From an uncultured Clostridia bacterium (lineage in GTDB: Bacteria; Bacillota; Clostridia; TANB77; CAG-508), in contig CALXET010000001.1 in the NCBI GenBank assembly GCA_944387405.1, positions 256,969 through 320,968 of the forward strand: DNA of 64,000 nucleotides, in the 5' to 3' direction. A program made the position numbers and the translations under genes. Under the pieces are notes generated by a model. The model was not told where the DNA came from. It worked only from the letters and a program-made list of their open reading frames with translations, and did not search any database. Positions 37,566 to 50,989 of this stretch are shown piece by piece; within the stretch, counting starts at the first letter, position 1, and every line of letters begins with the position of its first letter.

Positions 37566-39134
37566 CTAATTTGACGTTCCTCCACCTGCATATAGATTTA
37601 TAACATCTTTTAGTAATAAAGGCTCTGACTGTGATGCACTTATTGCATAATATGTTGTTGTCTCATCTCTAGTTACACTATATATATAATCATAAATAGC
37701 TGTTGTTTGCATAGCACCTGTTTCTGCTGACATAACAGCATATTTACCAAGTGCTGATTTTACTACTAATCCTTTAAATCCAAGACCAGCTTCTTCTGGA
37801 ATTATTAAAACATTCTCTCCTGAAGAATAAGCTGATTCTGCATTAGAACATCCAAATCCAACATAATTTGAATTTGTTGCATCTAAAGTATTTGAAACTG
37901 AAACTTCTTTATTACCTTTATCATCTTCTTTTATATCTACGACAAACATTCCATATCTTCCATCTCTTTCAACAGGAATACATTTATCAAAGAATATATA
38001 TGGATTTGTTATACCTTGCTCTTGATATGCTGTAATATCTCCTACTCCAATTGATGAATACTCAGCAGGAATTACTGTCTCTCCAGTATCTAATATTACA
38101 CCATAACTATCAAGTTTTTTAATTATGTATAATCCCTTTTGTGCATCTAAAACAGAAATACTATCATAATCAAGTGAAATTACCTCATTAGTTAAGAAAT
38201 TTTCACCATCTTGTTTTACTTCTATTATTCCATATTTTCCATCTGATGAAACAATATATTTATCTATATCTTGTAAGTACTCTATTGTATCAAAATTCAT
38301 ATCTGTTATATTTGAATTATTATTTATTGAATATAATCCATATTTAGCACCTGATTGTGAGCCAGAATTTGATTTAGATACAATTGCAATACCTTCAACT
38401 AATGCTCTTTGATTTTTATATATTGTACTTGGTGTATATCCTTTTGATGATATTTGTGAGTTACACGTGTCTATTAAATACTTTAATGAATATAATCTAT
38501 ATTGTGTTGGCGAATCAGCAACAACTATATTATTAAAACCTTTAATAATCATTTCTGTTGGTGCAAATAATTCATCATTTATAAATTTAACTTCATTTTG
38601 GGCAGTATAATTTTCATATTGTGATTCTTCGCTTGTAAGTTCTGAATTATTTCCATTAGTTTCTGGTGGTTCTACTACTTTAAAAAATTCTTTTGATCCA
38701 GCAGAAAAACTTACATCTTCTCCGTTTGGATATGTTACATGACATTTTTCCTTGTCTTGAGTAACTTTTAAAGATTCTCCCATTGTATATGTATATCCTT
38801 GAATATCTGCAAGTGTTTCTATTGAAAAATAAACTGTTCCACTACTATCTGTTAAAACTAAATTTTTAGTTTCCACTTTATTGTCTTTAACATAGTCAAT
38901 AGTACCAAGCAGATAAGTTTCATTATTTACATTTATTTGGCTTTCTTTTACTTTATATTGAACATCATCTATTGAAATTTTTAACGTTTTAGCATCTTGA
39001 ACCATAAATACTATCAATAATATAAGTACAAAAACAGATATTATAGATGTAATTATTATTGATATTTTTAAAATCTTTTGTGTTTTTACTGAGCCATTTT
39101 CTTCCTCTACTTTTGTTTCCATAAAAACCTCCAA
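37566..39134 (-). CDS. Membrane-anchored extracellular protein with WG-type repeats (DGKYGIIE / DGRYGMFV / GKYAVMS)
   Basis: N-terminal TM. Repeat family shared with 28214..29821. Lies directly downstream of tgt. Confidence 0.5.
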   Translation of the reverse strand: MEVFMETKVEEENGSVKTQKILKISIIITSIISVFVLILLIVFMVQDAKTLKISIDDVQYKVKESQINVNNETYLLGTIDYVKDNKVETKNLVLTDSSGTVYFSIETLADIQGYTYTMGESLKVTQDKEKCHVTYPNGEDVSFSAGSKEFFKVVEPPETNGNNSELTSEESQYENYTAQNEVKFINDELFAPTEMIIKGFNNIVVADSPTQYRLYSLKYLIDTCNSQISSKGYTPSTIYKNQRALVEGIAIVSKSNSGSQSGAKYGLYSINNNSNITDMNFDTIEYLQDIDKYIVSSDGKYGIIEVKQDGENFLTNEVISLDYDSISVLDAQKGLYIIKKLDSYGVILDTGETVIPAEYSSIGVGDITAYQEQGITNPYIFFDKCIPVERDGRYGMFVVDIKEDDKGNKEVSVSNTLDATNSNYVGFGCSNAESAYSSGENVLIIPEEAGLGFKGLVVKSALGKYAVMSAETGAMQTTAIYDYIYSVTRDETTTYYAISASQSEPLLLKDVINLYAGGGTSN

Positions 39135-40259
<1,125 letters not shown>

Positions 40260-40285
40260 TCATCTTCTCCTTAAATTAATTTTTA

Positions 40286-41308
40286 TTATAAAATAATCAT
40301 TGCATCTCCAAAACTAAAGAATCTATATTCTTTCTCTACAGCTTCTTTATATGCTTTTAAAATAAAATCTTTTCCTGCTAATGCTGATACAAGCATTACT
40401 AAAGTAGACTCAGGTAAATGAAAATTAGTAATTAGACTATCAATACACTTAAACTTATATCCTGGATAAATAAATATACTAGTATCTCCTTCTGTTTCTT
40501 TAACAAAACCATTTTCATCTGCTATAGATTCCAAAACTCTACAAGATGTTGTTCCTACACTAATAATTCTTTTTCCATTCTTCTTTGCATTATTTATTTT
40601 ATCAGCATCTTCCTTTTTTATATAAAAATGCTCAGAATGCATATCATGCTCTTCAACATTTTCTACTTTAACAGGTCTAAATGTTCCAATCCCAACATGA
40701 AGTGTAACATTTGCGATCTCTACACCTTTTTGTCTTATTTTTTCTAAAAGTTCTTCTGTAAAGTGAAGTCCAGCTGTTGGAGCTGCTGCAGACCCATCAT
40801 ATTTTGCATATACTGTTTGATATCTATCTTTGTCTTTTAACTTTTCTTTAATATAAGGTGGAAGTGGCATTAGTCCAATTTGATCTAATATCTCATTAAA
40901 TATACCATCATATTTAAAAGTAACTTGTCTATTTCCGTTTTCAAGTACATCATCAATAGTAGCTTCTAATATTCCATCTCCAAATATTACTTTTGCACCC
41001 TTTAATAATTTTCTACCTGGTCTTACAATAACTTCCCAAGTATCATCATGTATTCTTTTTAAAAGTAAAAATTCAACATTAGCTCCTGTTTCTTTTTTAC
41101 CATATAATCTTGCTGGAATAACTTTAGTATTATTTCTTACTAAGCAATCTCCTGGATTTAAGTAATCTATAACATCTTTAAATACTTTATCTTCTATCGT
41201 TTGTTTTTCTCTATTTAGCACCATTAATCTTGATTCATCTCTTTTTTCAGATGGATGTTGTGCTATTAATCTTTCTGGTAAATCATAATCAAAATCTGAA
41301 ACTTTCAT
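40286..41308 (-). CDS. queA: S-adenosylmethionine:tRNA ribosyltransferase-isomerase
   Basis: N-terminus [19 protein letters not shown] is typical of QueA. Confidence 0.95.
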   Translation of the reverse strand: MKVSDFDYDLPERLIAQHPSEKRDESRLMVLNREKQTIEDKVFKDVIDYLNPGDCLVRNNTKVIPARLYGKKETGANVEFLLLKRIHDDTWEVIVRPGRKLLKGAKVIFGDGILEATIDDVLENGNRQVTFKYDGIFNEILDQIGLMPLPPYIKEKLKDKDRYQTVYAKYDGSAAAPTAGLHFTEELLEKIRQKGVEIANVTLHVGIGTFRPVKVENVEEHDMHSEHFYIKKEDADKINNAKKNGKRIISVGTTSCRVLESIADENGFVKETEGDTSIFIYPGYKFKCIDSLITNFHLPESTLVMLVSALAGKDFILKAYKEAVEKEYRFFSFGDAMIIL

Positions 41309-41322
41309 TTTATCTACTCCTT

Positions 41323-42714
41323 TTATTCTGTTATTACTACTTCTTTTACGGTTCCAATAGCTGGACTTTGAGTATCTCTATTAAATAGAGATTTAATAAT
41401 GTTAAAAATTCCTACAAATATATTTGCTGGTTCTTTATAGAACTCAACTTCTTGAGATTTATCAAAATCACTTTTATTAAACGGCATAGTTGAATATACT
41501 ATATCAGTTAATCCGACATAACTTGTTCCATCTCTTATTTCTTTTCTCATATAATCTTTATACCATTCTTTAAGTCCATCTGTTCCTTTATCACTATATC
41601 CATATTTTTCAGAATCATGAAGAGCCGGAAACGAACTCTGATCTTCATATTCTCCTAAATTTCTTTCTAAAGTATGTAAAAATTCATGTACAAATACTTC
41701 TTCAGGGAAAGTATCTGACATTATATCATATTTGTACATAGTTGTTCTTTCTATATCATTTGGAAGTCTTATGTTTGAAAATCCAATATCTCCATATCTC
41801 ATTCCACCAAGTCCTATCCATTCGTTTACAGGGATTTCTACTCCTGTTCTTACATCTCCCATTCTAGTTGCTATAAATATATGGTCATATTCCCCATTTT
41901 CAATATAATTATCAATTAAATCAAATACATCCTCAGGTTCTATATAATAATAATTTTCTTTACTATATGATAACGTCTTAAGAGGATTCTCTATCTCTAT
42001 ACACTCAGTCTCAATATCCATTTTTCCTTCTGAGAAATCTTCCATTGTAGTTTTAAATCTTTCTAAGTTTTGTTTAATTATATATTTATCTTCCTCTGTC
42101 ATAGAAACTTTATATCTTTTTCCATTTAAAGTAGCATCAATATCATCTAACATAAAACATGCAATATTCCATTTATTATCTTTTACATCTGTCTTTTCTA
42201 CTTTAATATCTGAAAATGTAGCTTTTCCAATAGCCTCACCATAAATGCTTCCTAGTCTAAATGCAATATTTACTTCTTCTCTATTTTTAGAATTAAAAAT
42301 AAGTTCTACTTCTTTAAAATCTGTATTTCCTGTTACAACATTACTCTGCTCTTCTGTATCTATAATAGAAATACATGCACCTATATTTTTTCTTAATGAT
42401 TCATCTGCGTTTAACTCCTCATTATTCTCCGCATCTTTTCCAGTAACATTTTCAGTTTTAATCTTACATGAAACTTTATATCCTGTATTCGGCTCAACAT
42501 CTAGCTTTTTATAAAAAACTGAATCATTATATTCTGTATTTTCAATGCAAAAATTTTTGTCTTCTCTATAGAAATCTGTACCTGATAATTCTACTTGTGC
42601 CTTCGTAAAATCTGCAAAATAATATTTTGAATAAAAATAATATGTAACATATAAAATACCTACTACAATTAAAATAAATACTATTTTTCCTAATATATCA
42701 AAAAACTTTTTCAT
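41323..42714 (-). CDS. Hypothetical membrane-anchored protein with HExxH motif (putative zinc metallopeptidase-like)
   Basis: N-terminal TM and a large extracellular region. Single VHEFLHTLE motif near the C-terminus. Confidence 0.4.
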   Translation of the reverse strand: MKKFFDILGKIVFILIVVGILYVTYYFYSKYYFADFTKAQVELSGTDFYREDKNFCIENTEYNDSVFYKKLDVEPNTGYKVSCKIKTENVTGKDAENNEELNADESLRKNIGACISIIDTEEQSNVVTGNTDFKEVELIFNSKNREEVNIAFRLGSIYGEAIGKATFSDIKVEKTDVKDNKWNIACFMLDDIDATLNGKRYKVSMTEEDKYIIKQNLERFKTTMEDFSEGKMDIETECIEIENPLKTLSYSKENYYYIEPEDVFDLIDNYIENGEYDHIFIATRMGDVRTGVEIPVNEWIGLGGMRYGDIGFSNIRLPNDIERTTMYKYDIMSDTFPEEVFVHEFLHTLERNLGEYEDQSSFPALHDSEKYGYSDKGTDGLKEWYKDYMRKEIRDGTSYVGLTDIVYSTMPFNKSDFDKSQEVEFYKEPANIFVGIFNIIKSLFNRDTQSPAIGTVKEVVITE

Positions 42715-43298
42715 TTCTCCTCCAAAACCTTTTTTATTGATTCTTCTAATTCTTTAAAATCTTTATTGTTGTATATTACATAATCTGCTTTATTTATATA
42801 AAAATCATCTTCATTTTGTATTAAAAGTCTTTTTTTCGCAAATAATTCATCGATTCCATCTCTTAAACATATTCTCTTTACTTTATTGCTTTTCTCTGCA
42901 ATTATCGCAATTACTTTATCACACAACTTATCTACTCCTGCTTCATATAATAATGGAGCATCTATTATCACTAAATCTTTATCTTTAATTTCTGATAAAT
43001 CTTTCTTCATTTTTTTCACAACATAATTAAAAGTTAAATTATTCAAACTTTCTCTTTTTGCCTCATCTTGATAAATAATCTCTGCTATTTTCTTTCTGTT
43101 TAACATATTATCTTCAAGCAAGCATTCTTTTCCAAATAATTTAACCATTTCTCTATAATAATCTGAATTTACATCATTAGATAATTCTTTTGCCACTTTA
43201 TCCGCATCTAAAATCTCTGAATTATATAATTTTTTTATTATTTTACATACAGTAGTCTTACCAGATCCACTAGATCCTGTAATTCCTATTACTCTCAT
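42711..43298 (-). CDS. coaE: Dephospho-CoA kinase
   Basis: GITGSSGSGKTT P-loop and the CoaE pattern. Confidence 0.9.
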   Translation of the reverse strand: MRVIGITGSSGSGKTTVCKIIKKLYNSEILDADKVAKELSNDVNSDYYREMVKLFGKECLLEDNMLNRKKIAEIIYQDEAKRESLNNLTFNYVVKKMKKDLSEIKDKDLVIIDAPLLYEAGVDKLCDKVIAIIAEKSNKVKRICLRDGIDELFAKKRLLIQNEDDFYINKADYVIYNNKDFKELEESIKKVLEEK

Positions 43299-43315
43299 AA
43301 CGCATAAGTCTCCTT

Positions 43316-43750
43316 TTATAAAGAATTTATAGCATTTCTTGCAAGCTCATCACATCTGTTATTATATTCGTTATCACTATGTCCTTTTACTTTAATAAAT
43401 TCAATATTGTGAATTCTTGTAAAATCATATAATGTCATCCATAACTCTTTGTTTTTTACTGGTTCTTTTGAAGATGTCCTCCATCCATTTTTCATCCAAT
43501 TATTTATCCAACCATTTTTAAAAGCATTTACAACATATGCACTATCACTATATATCTTTACATTACACTCATGTTTCAGTAATTTTAATGCCTCAACCAC
43601 AGCTGTAAGTTCCATTATATTATTTGTAGTCTCTTTATTTGCTCCTGATATTTCTTTTTTATGTTCATTATACATCAAAATAGCTCCCCATCCTCCTGGA
43701 CCAGGATTACCACTACATGCTCCATCAGTATATATAACAATGTTTTCCAT
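43316..43750 (-). CDS. rnhA: Ribonuclease HI
   Basis: [16 protein letters not shown] and a conserved DEDD-type RNase H core. Confidence 0.9.
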   Translation of the reverse strand: MENIVIYTDGACSGNPGPGGWGAILMYNEHKKEISGANKETTNNIMELTAVVEALKLLKHECNVKIYSDSAYVVNAFKNGWINNWMKNGWRTSSKEPVKNKELWMTLYDFTRIHNIEFIKVKGHSDNEYNNRCDELARNAINSL

Positions 43751-43848
43751 TTTGCTCTCCTTGTAAAAAAACAGTATTTATGGTATTATATCAGTAATTT
43801 GTTAATTATACAATAATAATTATATTAATATTTAAAGGAGTTATTATC

Positions 43849-44313
<465 letters not shown>

Positions 44314-44332
44314 TGGAAAATTTGATAACTTT

Positions 44333-45106
44333 TTGACATCAAATAATATTTTAGCTTTAGAATATATTTCAATTCTAGAAAAACTAAATAGTAATATTAC
44401 TCCTATTACAATTACAAGAAAAGATAATAATTATAATGATACTAATTTAAATAAATCTAAAAACATATCTTCTGCAACTTCTATTAGAAATAATATTTTA
44501 GAAAATAATAGTATATTAAATATAAAAAATTATATTACTGATAAAACATATAATTGTTTAAATGAATTTTTAACAAAATATAATAAATTTCCTTATCTTC
44601 ATGATTTTGAAAAAGAAATCTTTTTTGTATTAAAAAGAATGTCTATAAAAGAGATATCAAATATACCAGACGTTACAGAAGGGTTAGAATATAAAATTAA
44701 AGAATCTGTTTTAAATTCTATAGATTTAGAAGATTTAATTACTAAAATAAAAACTAAAAGATATACATATGCAAGAATTTGTAGAATACTTGTAAATGCT
44801 ATTCTAGGAATTACAAAACAAGATTTTGAAATGTCTAAAAAGATAACCCCTTATGCAAGAGTTTTAGGATTTTCAAAAAAAGGTAAAACTTTGCTTTCAA
44901 AAATAAGCAAGGAAAATAAAGATATTAATTTAATAACTTCTGTAAAAAAATTTGAGAACTCATGTACAGATATAAATTTAAGAAGATTATTGGAAATAGA
45001 TATTTTATCTACATATTTATATAATAGTGCTTTATATTCTAATACTAAAACAAATAAAGATCTTACTTTAATAAATGATTATAATCAAAAAATTATTGAA
45101 ATATAA
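44333..45106 (+). CDS. tmcAL: TmcAL C-terminal fragment
   Basis: The upstream frame reads LALEKISDGKFDNFLTSNNILALEYIS, matching the YlbM segment …LDLSKPNNILGYHY… Indel around 44290-44320. Confidence 0.75.
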   Translation: MTSNNILALEYISILEKLNSNITPITITRKDNNYNDTNLNKSKNISSATSIRNNILENNSILNIKNYITDKTYNCLNEFLTKYNKFPYLHDFEKEIFFVLKRMSIKEISNIPDVTEGLEYKIKESVLNSIDLEDLITKIKTKRYTYARICRILVNAILGITKQDFEMSKKITPYARVLGFSKKGKTLLSKISKENKDINLITSVKKFENSCTDINLRRLLEIDILSTYLYNSALYSNTKTNKDLTLINDYNQKIIEI

Positions 45107-45158
45107 TATTTTAAAAAGAAAAAAAGAATAAATATAAATAAAATACTTGGAGAATCTA

Positions 45159-46109
45159 ATGAGAAAATTAATTGTAGATTTAAAAAATAATAATAAAAAA
45201 TTATCTGACTATCTACTTGATACTTTTAATGGGCTAACTATAAGTTTGTTTTATAAAACTCTAAAGAAAAAAGATATTAGAGTAAATAATATTAAAGTTA
45301 CTAAAAATATAGAACTTCATGCTGGAGATGAAGTTTCAATATATTTAACAGATAATTATTTATTTAAAAACTTTAATAATAATAACGGTAATAATAAAAA
45401 TGATTTAGATAATAACACTAAAAAAATAGATATATCTAAAAGTATCATATATGAAGACGATAATATTTTAGTTATAAACAAACCTCAAGGAATATCCGTA
45501 ACTGAAAGCAAACTAAAAGAAACAACTTTAACAGATATCTTAAAATCAATATATGGAAATAACATTAATCCTTGCCATAGATTAGATAGAAATACTGCTG
45601 GACTAATGGTATACGCTAAAAATGATGAAAGTTTAAATATACTCCTTGAAAAGTTTAAAAACAAAGAAATCAGAAAAAAATATATTTGTGATGTTTATGG
45701 AATATTAAACAAAAAATCAGGCACATTAAAATCATATCTTTTTAAAGATAATAAAAAGTCTACTGTGCTTGTTTCAGATGTAAAGAAAAATGGTTACTCA
45801 GAAATCATAACTAAATATAAAGTGATTAATGAAAATCTAAATGATAATTATTCTACTCTAGAAGTTGAGATAATTACAGGTAAAACTCATCAAATAAGGG
45901 CTCATTTATCTCACATAGGACATCCAATTATAGGTGATGGTAAATATGGTTTAAATACCATAAATAAAAAATTTAAAGAAAAATATCAAAGATTGTGTAG
46001 CTATGAAATTACTTTTTGTTTTAAAAGTGACGGCGGTATTTTAAATTATTTAAATGGTAAAACTATTAAAATAAAACAAAGTAAAATAAAGCAATGTAAA
46101 ATAAAATAG
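45159..46109 (+). CDS. RluA-family 23S rRNA pseudouridine synthase with N-terminal S4 domain
   Basis: HRLDRNTAGLMV catalytic motif. RBS ggagaa precedes ATG 45159. Confidence 0.85.
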   Translation: MRKLIVDLKNNNKKLSDYLLDTFNGLTISLFYKTLKKKDIRVNNIKVTKNIELHAGDEVSIYLTDNYLFKNFNNNNGNNKNDLDNNTKKIDISKSIIYEDDNILVINKPQGISVTESKLKETTLTDILKSIYGNNINPCHRLDRNTAGLMVYAKNDESLNILLEKFKNKEIRKKYICDVYGILNKKSGTLKSYLFKDNKKSTVLVSDVKKNGYSEIITKYKVINENLNDNYSTLEVEIITGKTHQIRAHLSHIGHPIIGDGKYGLNTINKKFKEKYQRLCSYEITFCFKSDGGILNYLNGKTIKIKQSKIKQCKIK

Positions 46110-46130
46110 AAAAAATAATGTAAAATAAAT

Positions 46131-46156
46131 AAAAATAGAGCTTTTACTCTATTTTT
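46131..46156. terminator. Bidirectional terminator (perfect 10-bp stem aaaaatagag/ctctattttt)
   Basis: Lies between convergent genes, with A-runs on one side and T-runs on the other. Confidence 0.75.
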
Positions 46157-46236
46157 ATTTATTCTTATTTATATTTAATTAATCATCTTTTTTCTTATTT
46201 TATCTTGTTTTATATTTTTTCATTTATTTTTTCTTT

Positions 46237-48981
46237 TTACTTTTTCTTTTTGACTTTAGATTCTTTTTTATCCTTTTTGCCCTTAGAAGAAGTTTCTTCT
46301 TTTTTGTCTACGTTTTCGTTATCTTCTACTTTATCTAACTCTTCTATATTGGTATCACCATATACTTCTTCTTCAATTATACTTTCAATATCATTTTCTA
46401 TATTTTCTTTATCTTTATCTTCTTTTTGCTCTATTGCTATTTTTCCCGTAGAATCCGTTTTTTCTTTTACATCACTATTTTCTGTATTTTCATTATCGTT
46501 TATATCTGTTTTTTTATCTTCTTTTTTTGCTTTATTATTATTATTATTATTATTATTTTGTTTTAAGTCTATATCATACTCTTCAAAATAAATATATACT
46601 GTTTTTGGATCTTCAGCTATAGTATTAGATTCATTAAAATATTTATTAGTTTTAAACTTAGTTTTCTTAGCTAAAGTAAAATCAAACTTATCACAATCTA
46701 TTAAAACTTTTGAAGATAAATTCATTCCTTTAGGAAGTGTATTATTAATGTTATCAAAGAAAATAATATTTGACATATATACAAGAGGCATTTCTTCTTT
46801 TATATTTAATTTAATTAATTTAATTGCACTTTCCTCTTTATGTTTATACTGTTCTAATTCTTTTTCTATATTTACATTATAAAATTCAAAACCTGATGTA
46901 TGAACTCTATCGTTTATAGGAATAATTCTATAAATTGGCATATCATAGACTGATTTTATTTTTAGTAAAGATTCATTTAAAGAATTAACTATCATTTGCA
47001 ATCTTTCAGTAAAATCAAATACATCAATTTTTTTATTAATATTTAATATTTGATATTTATCTTTTTCATTTTCTCTATGACTTTTATTTCCTATATATTT
47101 TACTTGTGTCATGTCATCTCTCATAGAACCAAAAACATCGAAAGTATCTTCTTTTCCCTGAAGAGCAGTCCTTGCATATTCTTTTTTAAGCTCCATAAAA
47201 ACTTGCTCAATTACGTCTTTATCCATATCACCTGCTTTTAGCATATTTATAATTGGAAGTAAATCTGAATCATAAGCAACAAATAAATTATCTAATTCAT
47301 TTTTTGATAATTTCACTCTTTGACTTTTATCAGCTGTAATACCTAGTTCACCAAAATCAGATTCAAAATCAAATTTTCTTTTATATTTTTCTCTTGATGT
47401 AGCAGGCACTTCATTTCCTACCTCTAATTCAAGGACTTCGTCTTTATTTGCAAACTTCCAAAAATCAAAAATACTCTTTTTATGTTTATCAATTTCATTA
47501 ATATATAAAGTTGCATTTTCAATTTTTTTACTTAAATTAATTAATTTTAAATCTAATGCTTTTATATCTTGTCTTATATCATTTATATTTCTATGAGATT
47601 TCTCATAAATCTTATTAATACTAACTAAATCATCTATTGTATAAAACTTCTTTTCAATGTTTATATTTTCTTTTAATTCCTGTTCTTCTTGTACCTTTTT
47701 ATTTCTCTCTTCTCTGTTTTTCTTAAAATCGTCTTTTAGTTTTTGTAGTTCTTTTCTATTTTCTTCTTCTTGTTCTTTATCTTTTAATTTCTTTTTTCCG
47801 CCTTTAAAAAAGTATTTAACTTTACCAAAGAAAGTCTTTCTATATTCTAAATAAGTAGAAATTTCTTTCTGTTTTTTAAAATATTCTGATTCTTTCTCTT
47901 TTACTTCTTCTTTCATTATTTTAAGTTTTTTCTCAGATTCATATACATCTTTAGTTAAAGTTTTTATTTCTTTTTCAGTCTCTAAATACTTTTCTTTTAC
48001 GAATTTTGCTAGATCATCATATGTAATCGCTTTATCATCATATGTAAATTCTAATGCATTACTATTATCAATTTGAGTTCTAAAAACATATCTATTAGAA
48101 AGTTCTGTTTGAAGAATAAATAAAGCTTTTACAAGTTTATAAAACCTCTCAGCTTCTATTTTTGACTTTAAAACAACTTTATATGTTGTTTTAAGATTTT
48201 CATACACATATGTTTCTCCAATGATTTGCATAGATATTTCATCTTTTTTATCATAAACTTCATAAACTAGTGGCCAATTTTTTGTAAACACCCATAAATA
48301 ATTTTCTATATCATTGATTTGCTTATTTGTCAAAATTTCTTCATTGTAATTAACATAGCTTATAGGAACGTATATTTTTTCGTCTCTTTTTTTAGATCTT
48401 GGACTTAATTTATCTATTTCAATTTGCTTTTTTAATAAATAAAAAAACTCTGAATATGTATCTTCTTTTGTAGATACAAGCATAAAATATTTATTAGACT
48501 GTTCAGAATAATAGATCTGCCATAATTGATTTCTTGGGTAAAATACTTTAAATGGTATCTTATTGTTCATTTCATTTTGTCTGTCATTAATTTCATAAAA
48601 TTCTTCTATAGAAAAATCCTCTAACATTTTGAAAAAATCTTTTTGTCTTTCAAAATCTTCACCATTTTCTGGTTTTTTTAAGTAAACTCCTAATGGTAAT
48701 GCTTTTGAATACTTTTCTCTTACTGGATCATCTCTATAAGCTGGTGTACAATATATATCTATATCTTTTATTGGAACATATTTATATACTTTTAATTCCT
48801 TGTCATTATTAAGTCTAGATGGATTAAAACTAACTGGCTCTACTTTAGTCAAAAAATTCGGTAAATCCTCTATATCAAGACCAAGGAAATCTAACTTTTC
48901 TTTTAAATCTTGTTTTGCAGCCAAACTTCTGTACCTTCCCTCTTTTTCTATTCTTTTTCTTTTAACATAACAATTTATCAC
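46237..48981 (-). CDS. Large hypothetical coiled-coil protein (914 aa) with poly-Asn and K/E/D-rich C-terminal tail
   Basis: Intact long ORF. K/E-rich heptad-like central region. No TM and no Walker motifs. Confidence 0.5.
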   Translation of the reverse strand: MINCYVKRKRIEKEGRYRSLAAKQDLKEKLDFLGLDIEDLPNFLTKVEPVSFNPSRLNNDKELKVYKYVPIKDIDIYCTPAYRDDPVREKYSKALPLGVYLKKPENGEDFERQKDFFKMLEDFSIEEFYEINDRQNEMNNKIPFKVFYPRNQLWQIYYSEQSNKYFMLVSTKEDTYSEFFYLLKKQIEIDKLSPRSKKRDEKIYVPISYVNYNEEILTNKQINDIENYLWVFTKNWPLVYEVYDKKDEISMQIIGETYVYENLKTTYKVVLKSKIEAERFYKLVKALFILQTELSNRYVFRTQIDNSNALEFTYDDKAITYDDLAKFVKEKYLETEKEIKTLTKDVYESEKKLKIMKEEVKEKESEYFKKQKEISTYLEYRKTFFGKVKYFFKGGKKKLKDKEQEEENRKELQKLKDDFKKNREERNKKVQEEQELKENINIEKKFYTIDDLVSINKIYEKSHRNINDIRQDIKALDLKLINLSKKIENATLYINEIDKHKKSIFDFWKFANKDEVLELEVGNEVPATSREKYKRKFDFESDFGELGITADKSQRVKLSKNELDNLFVAYDSDLLPIINMLKAGDMDKDVIEQVFMELKKEYARTALQGKEDTFDVFGSMRDDMTQVKYIGNKSHRENEKDKYQILNINKKIDVFDFTERLQMIVNSLNESLLKIKSVYDMPIYRIIPINDRVHTSGFEFYNVNIEKELEQYKHKEESAIKLIKLNIKEEMPLVYMSNIIFFDNINNTLPKGMNLSSKVLIDCDKFDFTLAKKTKFKTNKYFNESNTIAEDPKTVYIYFEEYDIDLKQNNNNNNNNKAKKEDKKTDINDNENTENSDVKEKTDSTGKIAIEQKEDKDKENIENDIESIIEEEVYGDTNIEELDKVEDNENVDKKEETSSKGKKDKKESKVKKKK

Positions 48982-49149
48982 AGTATATCATACTATAAAT
49001 TATTTTCCAATAATTTTTTTATAAAAGTTATCAAAAAATTTTTTGCTTTTCATAAATAAAAATTATGAATTTAAACATAAAAATAGAAATATATATTAAA
49101 TTATATATCTCTATTTTTATTTTTTATTAATTTGAAACATAAATTAATA

Positions 49150-50907
49150 TTATTTAAATGATTTTACATCTTCTTTTAATCTATTTATAAAATCATCTAA
49201 ACTCATCTTGCCTATATCTCCTTCTTTTCTAACTCTTACTCCAACTGCATTAGCTTCTACTTCTTTTTCACCTAATATTAACATATATGGTATTTTATGA
49301 AGTTGTGCTTCACGAATTTTATATCCTATCTTTTCTTGTCTATCATCAAGCTCAACTCTAAATCCTTCATCTTCTAACTTTTTACAAACTTCTTTAGCAT
49401 AAGAAATTTGACTATCAGAAATTGGCATAACTTTTACTTGTACAGGAGATAGCCATACAGGAAAAGCTCCTGCAAAATGTTCTGTAATAATTCCGATAAA
49501 TCTTTCAAAAGATCCGAATAAAGCTCTATGAATTAAAATAGGTGTCTTTTTATTTCCATCACTATCTATATAAGATAAATTAAATCTAAGTGGTAATTGG
49601 AAATCTACTTGAACTGTTCCCATTTGCCATTCTCTTCCTAAACAATCTTTCATTTTAATATCGATCTTAGGACCATAGAATGCTCCATCACCTTCGTTTA
49701 TTTTATAATTATCTTTTCCACAAAGATCATCTAAAACATCTCTTAAATTAGCTTCAGCTTTATTCCATAGTTCAATATCACCCATATAATCGTCTGGTCT
49801 TGTAGATAATGTAAGTTCAAAATCAAGTCCAAATATTCCATATAAATATTTTGCAATTTCAATAATATCTTTTATTTCTGAGCCTATTTGTTCTTCAGTA
49901 ATAAAGTTATGAGCATCATCTTGTCTAAACATCCTAACTCTAAATAATCCATTTAATTGTCCTGATTTTTCATTTCTATGAATAACGTCTATATCATTAA
50001 ATCTTAATGGTAAATCTTTATAACTTCTTAGCTTAGATGCATATATCTTTATAGCATTAGGACAGTTCATAGGTTTTAATGCTTGTTCTTTTCCATCTGA
50101 ATCAGTTAATACAAACATATCTTCTTTGTAGTGATCCCAATGTCCTGAAGTTTTCCAAAGTTCACTACTATTTAATTGTGGCCCTGAAAACTCCATATAT
50201 CCTCTTTTTTCATGTTCTTTTCTCCAAAAGTCTATTAGTATATTCATCATCTTAAATCCTTTAGGAAGCCAATATGCCATTCCAGGAGCTGTTTCATCAA
50301 AGAAGAATAAATCTAATTCTTTTCCTAGTTTTCTATGATCTCTTTTTTTAGCCTCTTCAATCATATTTAAATATTCATCAAGTTCGCTTTGTTTTGGAAA
50401 AGATATTCCATAAATTCTTTGAAGCATTTTATTTTTTTCGTCACCTCTCCAATATGCACCAGATGATGATAATAGTTTAATAGCTTTTATGCATCCTGTA
50501 GATGGAAGGTGTGGTCCTCTACATAAATCTGTAAAATCTCCTTGTTTATAAAAAGATATAACTTCTCCTTCTGGAAGCTCTTCAATAATTTCTACTTTGT
50601 AGTCTTCATTATTTTCTTTCATTAGTTTAATAGCTTCATCTCTTGGAAGTTCAAACCTTTCAAGTTTTAAATCTTCTTTAATAATTTTTCTCATTTCGTC
50701 TTCAATTTTTACCAAATCGTCCTCTGAAAATGGTTTTTCCACATCAAAATCATAATAAAATCCATGCTCTATTGCAGGTCCTATTGTTAATTTTGCATCA
50801 GGAAATAATCTTTTAACAGCTTGAGCCATAACATGAGCTGTCGTATGCCAATACATACTTTCTTCAACTTCTGCAGTTCTTCCACCGCCTAATTTAATTT
50901 TAAACAT
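49150..50907 (-). CDS. thrS: Threonyl-tRNA synthetase
   Basis: Class II aaRS motifs and editing domain HTTAHV. Preceded by a T-box leader. Confidence 0.95.
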   Translation of the reverse strand: MFKIKLGGGRTAEVEESMYWHTTAHVMAQAVKRLFPDAKLTIGPAIEHGFYYDFDVEKPFSEDDLVKIEDEMRKIIKEDLKLERFELPRDEAIKLMKENNEDYKVEIIEELPEGEVISFYKQGDFTDLCRGPHLPSTGCIKAIKLLSSSGAYWRGDEKNKMLQRIYGISFPKQSELDEYLNMIEEAKKRDHRKLGKELDLFFFDETAPGMAYWLPKGFKMMNILIDFWRKEHEKRGYMEFSGPQLNSSELWKTSGHWDHYKEDMFVLTDSDGKEQALKPMNCPNAIKIYASKLRSYKDLPLRFNDIDVIHRNEKSGQLNGLFRVRMFRQDDAHNFITEEQIGSEIKDIIEIAKYLYGIFGLDFELTLSTRPDDYMGDIELWNKAEANLRDVLDDLCGKDNYKINEGDGAFYGPKIDIKMKDCLGREWQMGTVQVDFQLPLRFNLSYIDSDGNKKTPILIHRALFGSFERFIGIITEHFAGAFPVWLSPVQVKVMPISDSQISYAKEVCKKLEDEGFRVELDDRQEKIGYKIREAQLHKIPYMLILGEKEVEANAVGVRVRKEGDIGKMSLDDFINRLKEDVKSFK

Positions 50908-50989
50908 ATAAATTCCTCCTTTGCCTATAAGGCTTTAAAAAAATTTATTTGAAGCTATTTTATTACTTTAGAGGATTTTTGAGTAAATA

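Noticed and set aside
46205-46591. 128-aa plus-strand ORF (S/F/L-rich) overlapping the 3' end of the 914-aa gene
   Set aside because: It is a mirror-frame artefact of the K/E/N-rich minus-strand low-complexity tail.
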